Positions 50,423 through 58,470 of a stretch of DNA of 64,000 nt are shown here, piece after piece (position 1 is the stretch's first letter; every line of letters begins with the position of its first letter). The position numbers were made by a program, and so were the translations under genes. The DNA lies in assembly GCA_963674945.2 (NCBI GenBank), contig CAXXWQ010000002.1, positions 544,001 to 608,000 on the forward strand, in the 5' to 3' direction. The notes under the pieces were generated by a model. The model saw only the letters and a list, made by a program, of their open reading frames with translations, had not been told where the DNA came from and ran no database searches. This DNA comes from an uncultured Desulfosarcina sp. GTDB taxonomy: Bacteria > Desulfobacterota > Desulfobacteria > Desulfobacterales > Desulfosarcinaceae.

Positions 50423-51780
50423 AGAAATACCATATTCACTTCGTCGGGATCGGCGGTATCGGCATGAGCGGCATCGCCGAACTTTTGCTGAACCTGGGGT
50501 ACCGGGTCTCCGGATCCGACCTGAGGGCCTCGGAGATCACGGCCAATCTGGCGCGTCTCGGCGGAAGCATCCACGTCGGCCATCGGGCCGAGCAGATCCA
50601 GGGGGCGGATGTGGTGGTGGTTTCTTCCGCCATCGATCCGGCGAATCCGGAGGTCGTCGCCGCAGGTCAATCCGCCATACCGGTGATTCCCAGGGCCGAG
50701 ATGCTGGCCGAACTGATGCGGCTGAAGTACTCCGTTGCCATTGCCGGCGCCCATGGAAAGACCTCCACCACTTCCCTGGTGGCCAATGTTCTCGCCGGCG
50801 GCGGCCTGGATCCGACGGTGGTGATCGGTGGCAAACTGAAAGGCGTCGGTCGTAATGCGGTGTTGGGAAAAGGAGACTTCATCGTGGCCGAGGCGGACGA
50901 GAGTGATGGCTCTTTCCTGAAATTCTCTCCTGCCATTGCCGTCGTGACCAATCTCGACCGTGAGCACCTGGACTTCTACAAAGACCTGGATGCCATCAAA
51001 AAGGCGTTTCTCGATTTTATCGATCGCATTCCCTTTTACGGCCTGGCGGTACTCTGCCTGGACAACGCACCGCTGCAGAGTATTTTGCCCCATATCAAAA
51101 AGCGGTTTACCACCTATGGCCTCAGCGCACAGGCCGACTACCAGGCGCGGGAGATCGTTTTCGGGGAGATGAAAAGCCGGTTTTCCGTCGTCCATCGCGA
51201 TGCCGGTCTCGGCGAATTTCAGCTGGCCATGCCGGGGATGCACAATGTGACCAATGCCCTTGCCGCCATTGCCGTGGGGTGTGAGCTGGACATCCCACTG
51301 GATACCATCAAGCGGTCCCTTGCCGAAGCCGTCGGCGTGCAACGCAGACTGGAGATCAAAGGGGAGGCGGGCGGCGTGACGGTGGTGGATGACTACGGGC
51401 ACCATCCCACGGAGATTCAGGTGACACTTTTGGCCGTGAAGAGCAATTGGCCGGATCGCCGGAAGGTGGTGGTTTTCCAGCCCCATCGCTATACGCGGAC
51501 CCAGGCCCTGCTCACGGATTTTACCCGGTCGTTTAACGACAGTGATATTTTGATCCTGCTTCCCATTTACGCGGCAAGCGAGTCTCCCATCGATGGTGTG
51601 GATGCGGTGCTGTTGCAAGAGGGGATACGGGCCCACGGCCACCGGAACGTCACCTGTGTCGAGGGAATCGCGTCCTGTGTGGACCATCTTACGAAGATTC
51701 TCACACCCGGCGACCTGTTGTTGACCTTGGGCGCCGGTGATGTCTATCGGGTGGGAGAATTGATGTTGGAACAGCTGTGA
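50413..51780 (+). CDS. murC: UDP-MurNAc:L-Ala ligase
   Basis: HFVGIGGIGMSG, GAHGKTST, EADESD, DDYGHHPTE and FQPHRYTRT. Confidence 0.97.
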   Translation: MYLKKYHIHFVGIGGIGMSGIAELLLNLGYRVSGSDLRASEITANLARLGGSIHVGHRAEQIQGADVVVVSSAIDPANPEVVAAGQSAIPVIPRAEMLAELMRLKYSVAIAGAHGKTSTTSLVANVLAGGGLDPTVVIGGKLKGVGRNAVLGKGDFIVAEADESDGSFLKFSPAIAVVTNLDREHLDFYKDLDAIKKAFLDFIDRIPFYGLAVLCLDNAPLQSILPHIKKRFTTYGLSAQADYQAREIVFGEMKSRFSVVHRDAGLGEFQLAMPGMHNVTNALAAIAVGCELDIPLDTIKRSLAEAVGVQRRLEIKGEAGGVTVVDDYGHHPTEIQVTLLAVKSNWPDRRKVVVFQPHRYTRTQALLTDFTRSFNDSDILILLPIYAASESPIDGVDAVLLQEGIRAHGHRNVTCVEGIASCVDHLTKILTPGDLLLTLGAGDVYRVGELMLEQL

Positions 51781-52631
51781 TGAAAACGACACGAAAGAAC
51801 AAATTCAAACGTAAAACACCGGTTCGCAAAGGGTGGCTGCGCCGGCATGCCGGCCACATGCTTGCCATTTTTTCCGGTGCGATAGCCGTGGTGGTGACGA
51901 GTTGTGCATTTATTTTCGTTCACGACTGCTTCACCCAGGCCCGCCACTTTACGGCGCGGCAAGTCATCGTGAGCGGAAACCAGCGATTGGATCGGCAAAC
52001 GATTCTCACGACTTCTGAAATCCAGAAGGGAACGAACATCCTTGCCGTCAACCTGGCCAAGGCCCGCAAAAAGTTGTTGGCACATCCGTGGATCGCCGAT
52101 GCGACGGTAGGTCGAAAGATCCCGTCGACCATTACCATTACGGTCGTGGAAGAAAAAGCCCTGGCGATTCTGGATTTGGACGGTGATCAGGATTTTGTCA
52201 TCAACACCCGGGGTGAGGTGTTCAAGCGTGCCGACGGCTCGGAAAACGCCGCCCTTGTCCGGATCCAGGGTCTTACCGCCGGCGATCTGCCTGTTCCCGG
52301 CATGCCGGCCACCCGGATCTTTCGATCCGTTATGGTCCTTTTGCGCCTTACCGGGAAAGACGAAAGTGCGATGCCCCTTTCCGGTGTTCGACGGATCCAT
52401 CTGGATCGGGAAATCGGGGCGACGGTTTACATGGGAGAGAAGGATCGCGCCGTAAAGCTGGGGTTCGGTCATTATGAAGAAAAAATCGCCGCACTGCACC
52501 AGTTGATGGAGCGCTATGATGGGGACAACCGGTTGACCTGCTTTCGGGTCATCGATCTTTTTGACATCAATCGGATCGTCGTTACGCCGGCTTCGGCCGA
52601 ACCGTCCGTAGACGATCACGAGGAGGTGTAA
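51777..52631 (+). CDS. ftsQ: Cell division protein FtsQ/DivIB
   Basis: Basic N-terminus, single TM and POTRA-like VSGNQRL...HPWIADATV..KIPSTITITVVE. Confidence 0.88.
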   Translation: MMKTTRKNKFKRKTPVRKGWLRRHAGHMLAIFSGAIAVVVTSCAFIFVHDCFTQARHFTARQVIVSGNQRLDRQTILTTSEIQKGTNILAVNLAKARKKLLAHPWIADATVGRKIPSTITITVVEEKALAILDLDGDQDFVINTRGEVFKRADGSENAALVRIQGLTAGDLPVPGMPATRIFRSVMVLLRLTGKDESAMPLSGVRRIHLDREIGATVYMGEKDRAVKLGFGHYEEKIAALHQLMERYDGDNRLTCFRVIDLFDINRIVVTPASAEPSVDDHEEV

Positions 52632-52632
52632 G

Positions 52633-53865
52633 TTGCAGCAACCTAGAGAAGGAGCGATTGTCGTCGGACTGGACATCGGAACGACAAAAATCTGCGCCGT
52701 GGTCGGCGAGGTGATCGGAAAGGATATCAACATTATCGGAATTGGGACGCATCCCTCCATCGGGTTGCGAAAAGGGGTGGTGGTCAACATCGAATCCACG
52801 GTGGAGTCCATCAAGAAAGCCGTGGAAGAGGCCGAGTTGATGGCCGGTTGCGAGATATCTTCCGTTTATGCCGGAATCGCCGGTGGCCACATCACCGGTT
52901 TCAACAGCCGGGGCATCGTGGCCATCAAGGGATCGGAAATCACGGAACTGGATGTGGAACGGGTTATCGATGCGGCCAGGGCCGTGGCCATTCCCATGGA
53001 CAGGGAAGTGATCCACGTACTTCCCCAGGAGTATATCGTGGACGATCAGACCGGTATTCAAAATCCGGTGGGTATGGCCGGCGTCCGGCTGGAGGCGAAG
53101 ATTCACATCGTCACCGGCGCCGTCACGTCGGCTCACAACATCGTCAAATGCGCCAATCGTGCGGGATTGGATGTGTGTGACATCGTCCTGGAGAGCCTTG
53201 CCTCGGGCGAAGCGGTTCTCGCCGACGAAGAGAAACAGCTCGGAACGGGGCTGATCGACTTAGGCGGGGGGACCAGTGACCTGGCCATCTTCTCCGGAAA
53301 AAATATCAAGCATACCTTCGTTCTCGCTCTGGGGGGAGACAACCTCACAAACGATATCGCCATCGGCGTACGGGCCCCGCTGAACGAGGCGGAGCGGATC
53401 AAGCGCAAATACGGCACCTGTCTGGGCGGAGAGATCAGTCCCGAGGAGACCATCGAGGTGCCCGGCATGGGGGGGCGTTCGCCTCGAAAGATGCCACGGC
53501 AAATTTTGGGGGAAATTCTGGAACCCCGCATGGAGGAGATTTTCACCCTTCTGCAGCGAGAAATATTCAGGGCCGGAATGGAGAACATGATCGCATCGGG
53601 TATGGTGCTCACCGGCGGAACTTCCCTTCTGGAAGGTGCCGCCGAGATCGCCGAGTCGATTTTCGGGGTTCCCACCCGGCTGGGGCGTCCCCAGGGCATC
53701 AGCGGCCTTACCGACGTGGTAAACAATCCCATGTACGCCACGGGCGTAGGGCTGGTGATATATGGGGCAAAAAAGGAACCGGAGCGAAAGTTTCGCATCC
53801 GGGACAAAAACATCTTCAACAGCATTATCGCAAGGATGAAGAAATGGTTCAGGGACGTTCTTTGA
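52633..53865 (+). CDS. ftsA: Cell division protein FtsA
   Basis: VGLDIGTTKI, GLRKGVVVNI, DLGGGT, VLTGG and C-terminal amphipathic KKWF; TTG start. Confidence 0.97.
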   Translation: MQQPREGAIVVGLDIGTTKICAVVGEVIGKDINIIGIGTHPSIGLRKGVVVNIESTVESIKKAVEEAELMAGCEISSVYAGIAGGHITGFNSRGIVAIKGSEITELDVERVIDAARAVAIPMDREVIHVLPQEYIVDDQTGIQNPVGMAGVRLEAKIHIVTGAVTSAHNIVKCANRAGLDVCDIVLESLASGEAVLADEEKQLGTGLIDLGGGTSDLAIFSGKNIKHTFVLALGGDNLTNDIAIGVRAPLNEAERIKRKYGTCLGGEISPEETIEVPGMGGRSPRKMPRQILGEILEPRMEEIFTLLQREIFRAGMENMIASGMVLTGGTSLLEGAAEIAESIFGVPTRLGRPQGISGLTDVVNNPMYATGVGLVIYGAKKEPERKFRIRDKNIFNSIIARMKKWFRDVL

Positions 53866-53925
53866 TTCAACGGTGAAAATGTCCCTTTCCGTTGCAAAAA
53901 AAACAGGTTGGATGCAAAAAGGCGG

Positions 53926-53989
53926 TTGCATTTTTTTTAACCACAACATATAGTCTGATACATCCCATCTATACACCTATATAATGTGG
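53926..53989 (+). promoter_or_regulatory. Internal ftsZ promoter overlapped by two NrdR-box-like sites
   Basis: TTGCAT-N17-TATAGT; box 1 CCACAACATATAGTCT (53941-53956) covers the -10; box 2 CACCTATATAATGTGG (53974-53989). Confidence 0.6.
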
Positions 53990-54104
53990 TAGCAGCCAAT
54001 TTTTTGGGCATATGTCAAATCCATCGGGCACGACGAAAAATAAAAGGGCAACCCGGACGCTTCGGCAAGCGTCTTTATGGGCCGACCAAGAAAAGGGGGA
54101 GCGT

Positions 54105-55316
54105 ATGACGGATATGTTCAAGTATGTTGAGAATGAAAATTCGGCAAAAATCAAAGTTATCGGTGTTGGTGGGGCGGGCGGGAATGCGATCAACAACATG
54201 ATCGAGAGTGGTTTGCAGGGCGTAAAATTTATCACCGCCAACACCGATGCACAGGCACTGCAAATCGCCAAGGCAGAGACACGGATCCAGTTGGGATCTC
54301 AGATTACCGAGGGCCTTGGCGCCGGTGCCAATCCGCAGGTGGGCCGGGATTCCGCCCTGGAGAATGCCGAGATGCTCAAGGAAGCCCTGGCCGACTCCCA
54401 CATGGTCTTCATCACCGCTGGATTTGGCGGCGGCACGGGAACCGGCGCGGCACCGGTCATCGCAAGGCTCTGCAAAGAGATGGGCATTTTGACCGTGGCC
54501 GTGGTGACCCGTCCCTTCTCATTCGAGGGAAGAAAGCGTGCCAAGCAGGCAGATGAGGGTCTCGCCGAATTGAGAAAGGCGGCAGATACGGTCATTACCA
54601 TTCCCAATGACCGGCTTCGCGGTCTGGCCAAAAAGAATGCCAAAATGGTGGAAATGTTCAAGAAGGCCGATGAGATCCTGCTCCACTCGGTCAAGGGGAT
54701 CACCGACCTGATCATGATGCCCGGCCTGGTCAATCTGGACTTCGCCGACGTGAAAACCACCATGTCCCGGGCCGGCATGGCCATCATGGGGATCGGCATC
54801 GCCAGCGGCGATAATCGGGCACTGGAGGCAGCCGAACGTGCCATTTCCCATCCGCTTTTGGAAGACATCAACATCACCGGTGCCAAGGGCGTGTTGATGA
54901 ACATCACCTCCAGCAGCGATCTCACAATGGAAGAGATGACCGAAGCCAGCGAACGCATTTACAACGAGGTGGGAGACGATGCGGAGATCATCTGGGGTGC
55001 GGTAATCGACGACAGTATCGGCGACGAGATGCGCGTCACCGTCATCGCCACCGGAATCGGCGGCAGGGAGGAAGAGACCCGTCCCGTGAAAGATACCGTC
55101 GTCAAGGTAGTGGATCCCACCTATGGTGGGAAGGTGCGTGACATCACCCCGGCGGATTTGGCCCGGTCCCCCGAATTGGATCAACCCACCTTCATTCGCC
55201 GTCGCAAGAGTTCCGATGAGAAAAGGGCAAGTGAGGTTTACCGGGAGTATAAGGGGATCGTCATCGATAATGACGACCTGGATGTCCCCACCTTCTTGCG
55301 GAGAAAAGCCGACTGA
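54105..55316 (+). CDS. ftsZ: Cell division protein FtsZ
   Basis: IKVIGVGGAGGNA, GGGTGTG, NLDFADV and C-terminal LDVPTFLR. Confidence 0.98.
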   Translation: MTDMFKYVENENSAKIKVIGVGGAGGNAINNMIESGLQGVKFITANTDAQALQIAKAETRIQLGSQITEGLGAGANPQVGRDSALENAEMLKEALADSHMVFITAGFGGGTGTGAAPVIARLCKEMGILTVAVVTRPFSFEGRKRAKQADEGLAELRKAADTVITIPNDRLRGLAKKNAKMVEMFKKADEILLHSVKGITDLIMMPGLVNLDFADVKTTMSRAGMAIMGIGIASGDNRALEAAERAISHPLLEDINITGAKGVLMNITSSSDLTMEEMTEASERIYNEVGDDAEIIWGAVIDDSIGDEMRVTVIATGIGGREEETRPVKDTVVKVVDPTYGGKVRDITPADLARSPELDQPTFIRRRKSSDEKRASEVYREYKGIVIDNDDLDVPTFLRRKAD

Positions 55317-55344
55317 TCGGGGCCGGAACCGTCAGGGGCACGAA

Positions 55345-57057
55345 ATGGTGGAGCGCGGTGTAATCCGAAAATCCGCCGCCGGTCGATGTCGCGTCGCCCT
55401 GGTCTATCCCCATCACTACGCCGTGGGGATGTCCAACTTGGGATTCCAGACCGTTTACCGGCTTCTCAACGACATCGACCACGTGGCCTGTGAACGGGCC
55501 TTTTTGCCGCAGCCCGATGGCGGCAAAAAAAATCGGGTGGTGACGGTTGAATCGGAAACGCCCATCCGGGACTTCGACATCATCGCTTTTTCCATCTCCT
55601 ACGAAAACGACGCGCCTTTTGTTCTGGAAATCTTGAATGCAGCAGGACTCCCCCTGCCAGCCGCCCGGCGTGAAAAAACGCTCCCCCTCGTGCTGGCAGG
55701 GGGAGTCTTTTGTTTTCTCAATCCCGAAACCCTCGCCCCCTTCGTCGATGTGTTCCTTCTGGGGGAAGCCGAGGGAATGGTAAACGATTTTTTCCGGATC
55801 TTCGATCCCTCGGCCGATAGAAGGCGGAATTTACTGGAACTCAGCCGCCGGGTTCCCGGCGTTTACGTTCCTGCATTCTATCGGCCCCGATACGCCAAGG
55901 ACGGGACTCTGGCAGAATTCGTTCCCACAGCGGATGTGCCGGCCACGGTCCGGCGTCAGATGGTGTCGGACCTTTCCGGCCTGCCCACGGCAAGCACGGT
56001 CCTCACCTCCGATACCGCCTTTTCCGACACCTATCTCATCGAAGTCTCCCGTGGGTGCCCCCATGGATGTCGATTTTGCAGTGCCGGCTATATCTACCGT
56101 CCCCCCCGCTTTCGTCCACTGGCGTTGCTCGATCGCCAGGTGGACGAAGGTTGCCTGCTCTCCGACAGCATCGGCCTTGTGGGGGCCGCCGTATCGGACC
56201 TGCCCGGCATCAAAGAGCTGTGCGGGCGCCAACGTCAGCGTGAGATTCGATTCTCCTTTTCCAGTCTTCGCGCGGACGCCCTGGATGGACCGTTGATCGA
56301 TGCCTTGAAAAAAAGCAGGGTCAAGACCGCCACCATTGCTCCGGATGCGGGTTCGGCGCGAATGCGGCGGGTGATCAACAAGGGTATCGAAGAAGAACAT
56401 GTGATCGCGGCGGCACGGAAACTGGTATCCGCCGGCATTCCCAACCTGAAGGTCTATTTTATGGTGGGGCTTCCCACGGAAACCGAAGATGATGTTTTCG
56501 CTATCCCGACGCTGGTGAAAAAAATCAAAGGCCAATTTCTCACAACCAGTCGGAAAAAGGGGTACATGGGAGAGATTATCGTCAGCCTCGGTTCGTTCGT
56601 TCCCAAGCCCTTTACCCCGTTTCAATGGGCTGCCATGGACCCGATCAAAACCCTGAAACGAAAAATCAAGATGGTAAAGGCGGGATTGAGAACCACGGCC
56701 AATGTGACTGTCCGTGCCGACCTGCCCCGTTGGGCCTATCTGCAGGCCCTCATTGCCCGGGGTGACCGGCGGGTAGCCGATATCCTGGTACTGGCCAACG
56801 AGAACCGGGGCAATTGGCCCCAAACCTTCAAGGCGTCACCCATCGATCCCCATTTCTATGTTCTTCGCGAGAGGGATGCCGACGAACGATTCCCTTGGGA
56901 TTTCATCGATTCGAGGATCGACAAATCCTATTTGTGGCGGGAATACCAACGGGCATTGGATGCCCGAACCTCCGCCCCTTGTCCCGCCGATCCTGCCAGG
57001 TGCTCCATTTGCGGGGTGTGTGAAGGGGCGAGGGGCGATAGGCGAGGGGAAAGATGA
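55345..57057 (+). CDS. B12-binding-domain radical SAM protein
   Basis: VGMSNLGFQ, EVSRGCPHGCRFC, YFMVGLPTE and FVPKPFTPFQW; C-terminal CxxC. Confidence 0.88.
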   Translation: MVERGVIRKSAAGRCRVALVYPHHYAVGMSNLGFQTVYRLLNDIDHVACERAFLPQPDGGKKNRVVTVESETPIRDFDIIAFSISYENDAPFVLEILNAAGLPLPAARREKTLPLVLAGGVFCFLNPETLAPFVDVFLLGEAEGMVNDFFRIFDPSADRRRNLLELSRRVPGVYVPAFYRPRYAKDGTLAEFVPTADVPATVRRQMVSDLSGLPTASTVLTSDTAFSDTYLIEVSRGCPHGCRFCSAGYIYRPPRFRPLALLDRQVDEGCLLSDSIGLVGAAVSDLPGIKELCGRQRQREIRFSFSSLRADALDGPLIDALKKSRVKTATIAPDAGSARMRRVINKGIEEEHVIAAARKLVSAGIPNLKVYFMVGLPTETEDDVFAIPTLVKKIKGQFLTTSRKKGYMGEIIVSLGSFVPKPFTPFQWAAMDPIKTLKRKIKMVKAGLRTTANVTVRADLPRWAYLQALIARGDRRVADILVLANENRGNWPQTFKASPIDPHFYVLRERDADERFPWDFIDSRIDKSYLWREYQRALDARTSAPCPADPARCSICGVCEGARGDRRGER

Positions 57058-57100
57058 GAACGTTGAACATCGAATGGTGTGGCAGCAGACATATAGGAAA

Positions 57101-57306
57101 AGAATTCAAGGGTCAGAATTCAGCGCTGCCGCCGGCTTTCAACCGGTTTGAACTAAAACCCGACTTCGGGAAAATGAAGTCAGATACGAGAATCCAGAAG
57201 TTTGATTCGTCTTCGGCTCAGTCGGTAAAAGGATTAGAAATAAAGCAGACGTACTATCTAAAAATAGATAGAGCGTAGCGACACCTTCTCCTGGCTCCTG
57301 GCTCCT
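57101..57306. repeat. Heptamer-armed palindromic repeat (family H), copy 5, carrying a 67-bp insert
   Basis: AGAATTC AAGGGTC AGAATTC AG[insert]AATCCAG ... TTCGTCTTCGGCTC ... GAGCGTAGCGA ... CTCCTGGCTCCTGGCTCCT. Confidence 0.8.
57124..57190. mobile_element. 67-bp mini-insertion, same family as 18104-18174
   Basis: Starts CGCTGCCGCCG, contains GGTTTGAAC, ends ATACGAG; inserted at CAG|AATC. Confidence 0.7.
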
Positions 57307-57311
57307 CTTTC

Positions 57312-58079
57312 CTATTGATAGATCTTCTTCAACTCCTCGTTCGCCTCGACGGCCAGTTCTCCGTCTTCGGTGTATGTGATCGCGCCTTTTAAAGCCAAAA
57401 TGGCGTTATTGTAGTCTCCGAGCAACCGATATGTCTTGCCCAGTTCGAGGAGCAATATCGGATTTTTCGGTTGGGTTTTGGCGGCTTTCTCAAACAGGGC
57501 CAGCGCACTGTGCAGATGACCGGTGGCGAGGTCCGTCCTGCCTAAGTTGAGTTGGGCAAGAAAAAAATCAGGCTGCAAGTCCAATGCTTTATTCAAATAC
57601 TCCCGGGCTTTTTGATAATCTCCCTTGTTATAGTAGGCCCAGCCCAGGTTGGTCAGGGGGAAATGAGGGGTGGCATACAACAGGTCTCCGACGACCGACT
57701 CCAGTACCGGGATCGCTTTGTCCCATTCTTCGCGTATCAAATAGGCGCTTCCCAAATTGTTCTTGGCGACCGAGTAGTCCGGGTTGAGTTCCACTGCTTT
57801 TTCGAACTGTGCCGTGGCCAGATCGATTTTCTCCTTGGCCATGTAAACCAGTCCCAGGTCGTTGTACAGAATCGGGTCTTGGGGATCCAGTTTTTCCGAC
57901 TTGAGAAACTCGGAAAGAGCCCCGTTCACATTGCCGTCGCCGAGGTAAGCCTCTCCCAGGTTTCGGGCGGCGACAGCTTTCTTTTTATCTTCCGGGGATA
58001 CGCCCGATGTGGCACAGGCCACGAGGGTCCAAATGGCAAATAGCAAAAGAATGATCGCCCTGGTTCGCGATTTTTTCAT
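57312..58079 (-). CDS. TPR lipoprotein (PilF/PilW-like)
   Basis: Lipobox LVAC; multiple TPRs (NDLGLVY, NNLGSAY, TNLGWAY); LLYATP motif. Confidence 0.8.
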   Translation of the reverse strand: MKKSRTRAIILLLFAIWTLVACATSGVSPEDKKKAVAARNLGEAYLGDGNVNGALSEFLKSEKLDPQDPILYNDLGLVYMAKEKIDLATAQFEKAVELNPDYSVAKNNLGSAYLIREEWDKAIPVLESVVGDLLYATPHFPLTNLGWAYYNKGDYQKAREYLNKALDLQPDFFLAQLNLGRTDLATGHLHSALALFEKAAKTQPKNPILLLELGKTYRLLGDYNNAILALKGAITYTEDGELAVEANEELKKIYQ

Positions 58080-58174
58080 GGATGGTTCTCCTGTTATCGT
58101 CTGTCAAATTGTAACACCCAAATTTTTATCACAAATAGATTACAATGAACAAAGATTCAAAAAACAGATTAAAG

Positions 58175-58397
58175 AGAATTCAGGAGCCAGGAGTAAGAAT
58201 CCAGAATGCGGATTCGCCTTCGGCTCAGCCGATTTGAAACAACCACAGAGGACACAGAGAGCACAGAGAACAATTTAGACCGTATTTCTCTGTGACCTCT
58301 TTGCTCTCTGTGGTGAAAGGATGTTATCTGAAAAAACAAGTTTCTTAAAATTAAAAGGAGCGAAGCGGCAACATCACGATTCTAACTTCTGACTCCT
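58175..58397. repeat. Heptamer-armed palindromic repeat (family H), copy 6, with a nested nonamer hairpin
   Basis: AGAATTC AGGAGCC AGGAGTA AGAATCC AGAAT ... TTCGCCTTCGGCTC ... GAGCGAAGCG ... GATTCTAACTTCTGACTCCT. Confidence 0.85.
58242..58314. repeat. Nonamer-armed palindrome
   Basis: ACCACAGAG GACACAGAG AGCACAGAG ... TTCTCTGTG ACCTCTTTG CTCTCTGTG GT. Confidence 0.85.
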
Positions 58398-58470
58398 ACC
58401 TTCCGTATTTTTGTTATTCGGTGCTCGTAATCTGGAATTTTACATCGACTCCGTGAATTCCCAAGCGATC

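Noticed and set aside
54012..55344. Extended N-termini in the ORF track (ftsZ 54012, radical SAM 55123; also ftsI 40656, serS 63262, rnhB 23752, HU 35616)
   Set aside because: Downstream starts fit SD position, gene overlaps and family N-termini better; the rnhB extension is repeat sequence.
931..58397. Family H and R repeats as CRISPR arrays
   Set aside because: Copies are dispersed and palindromic, not identical direct repeats with unique spacers; no cas genes are present.
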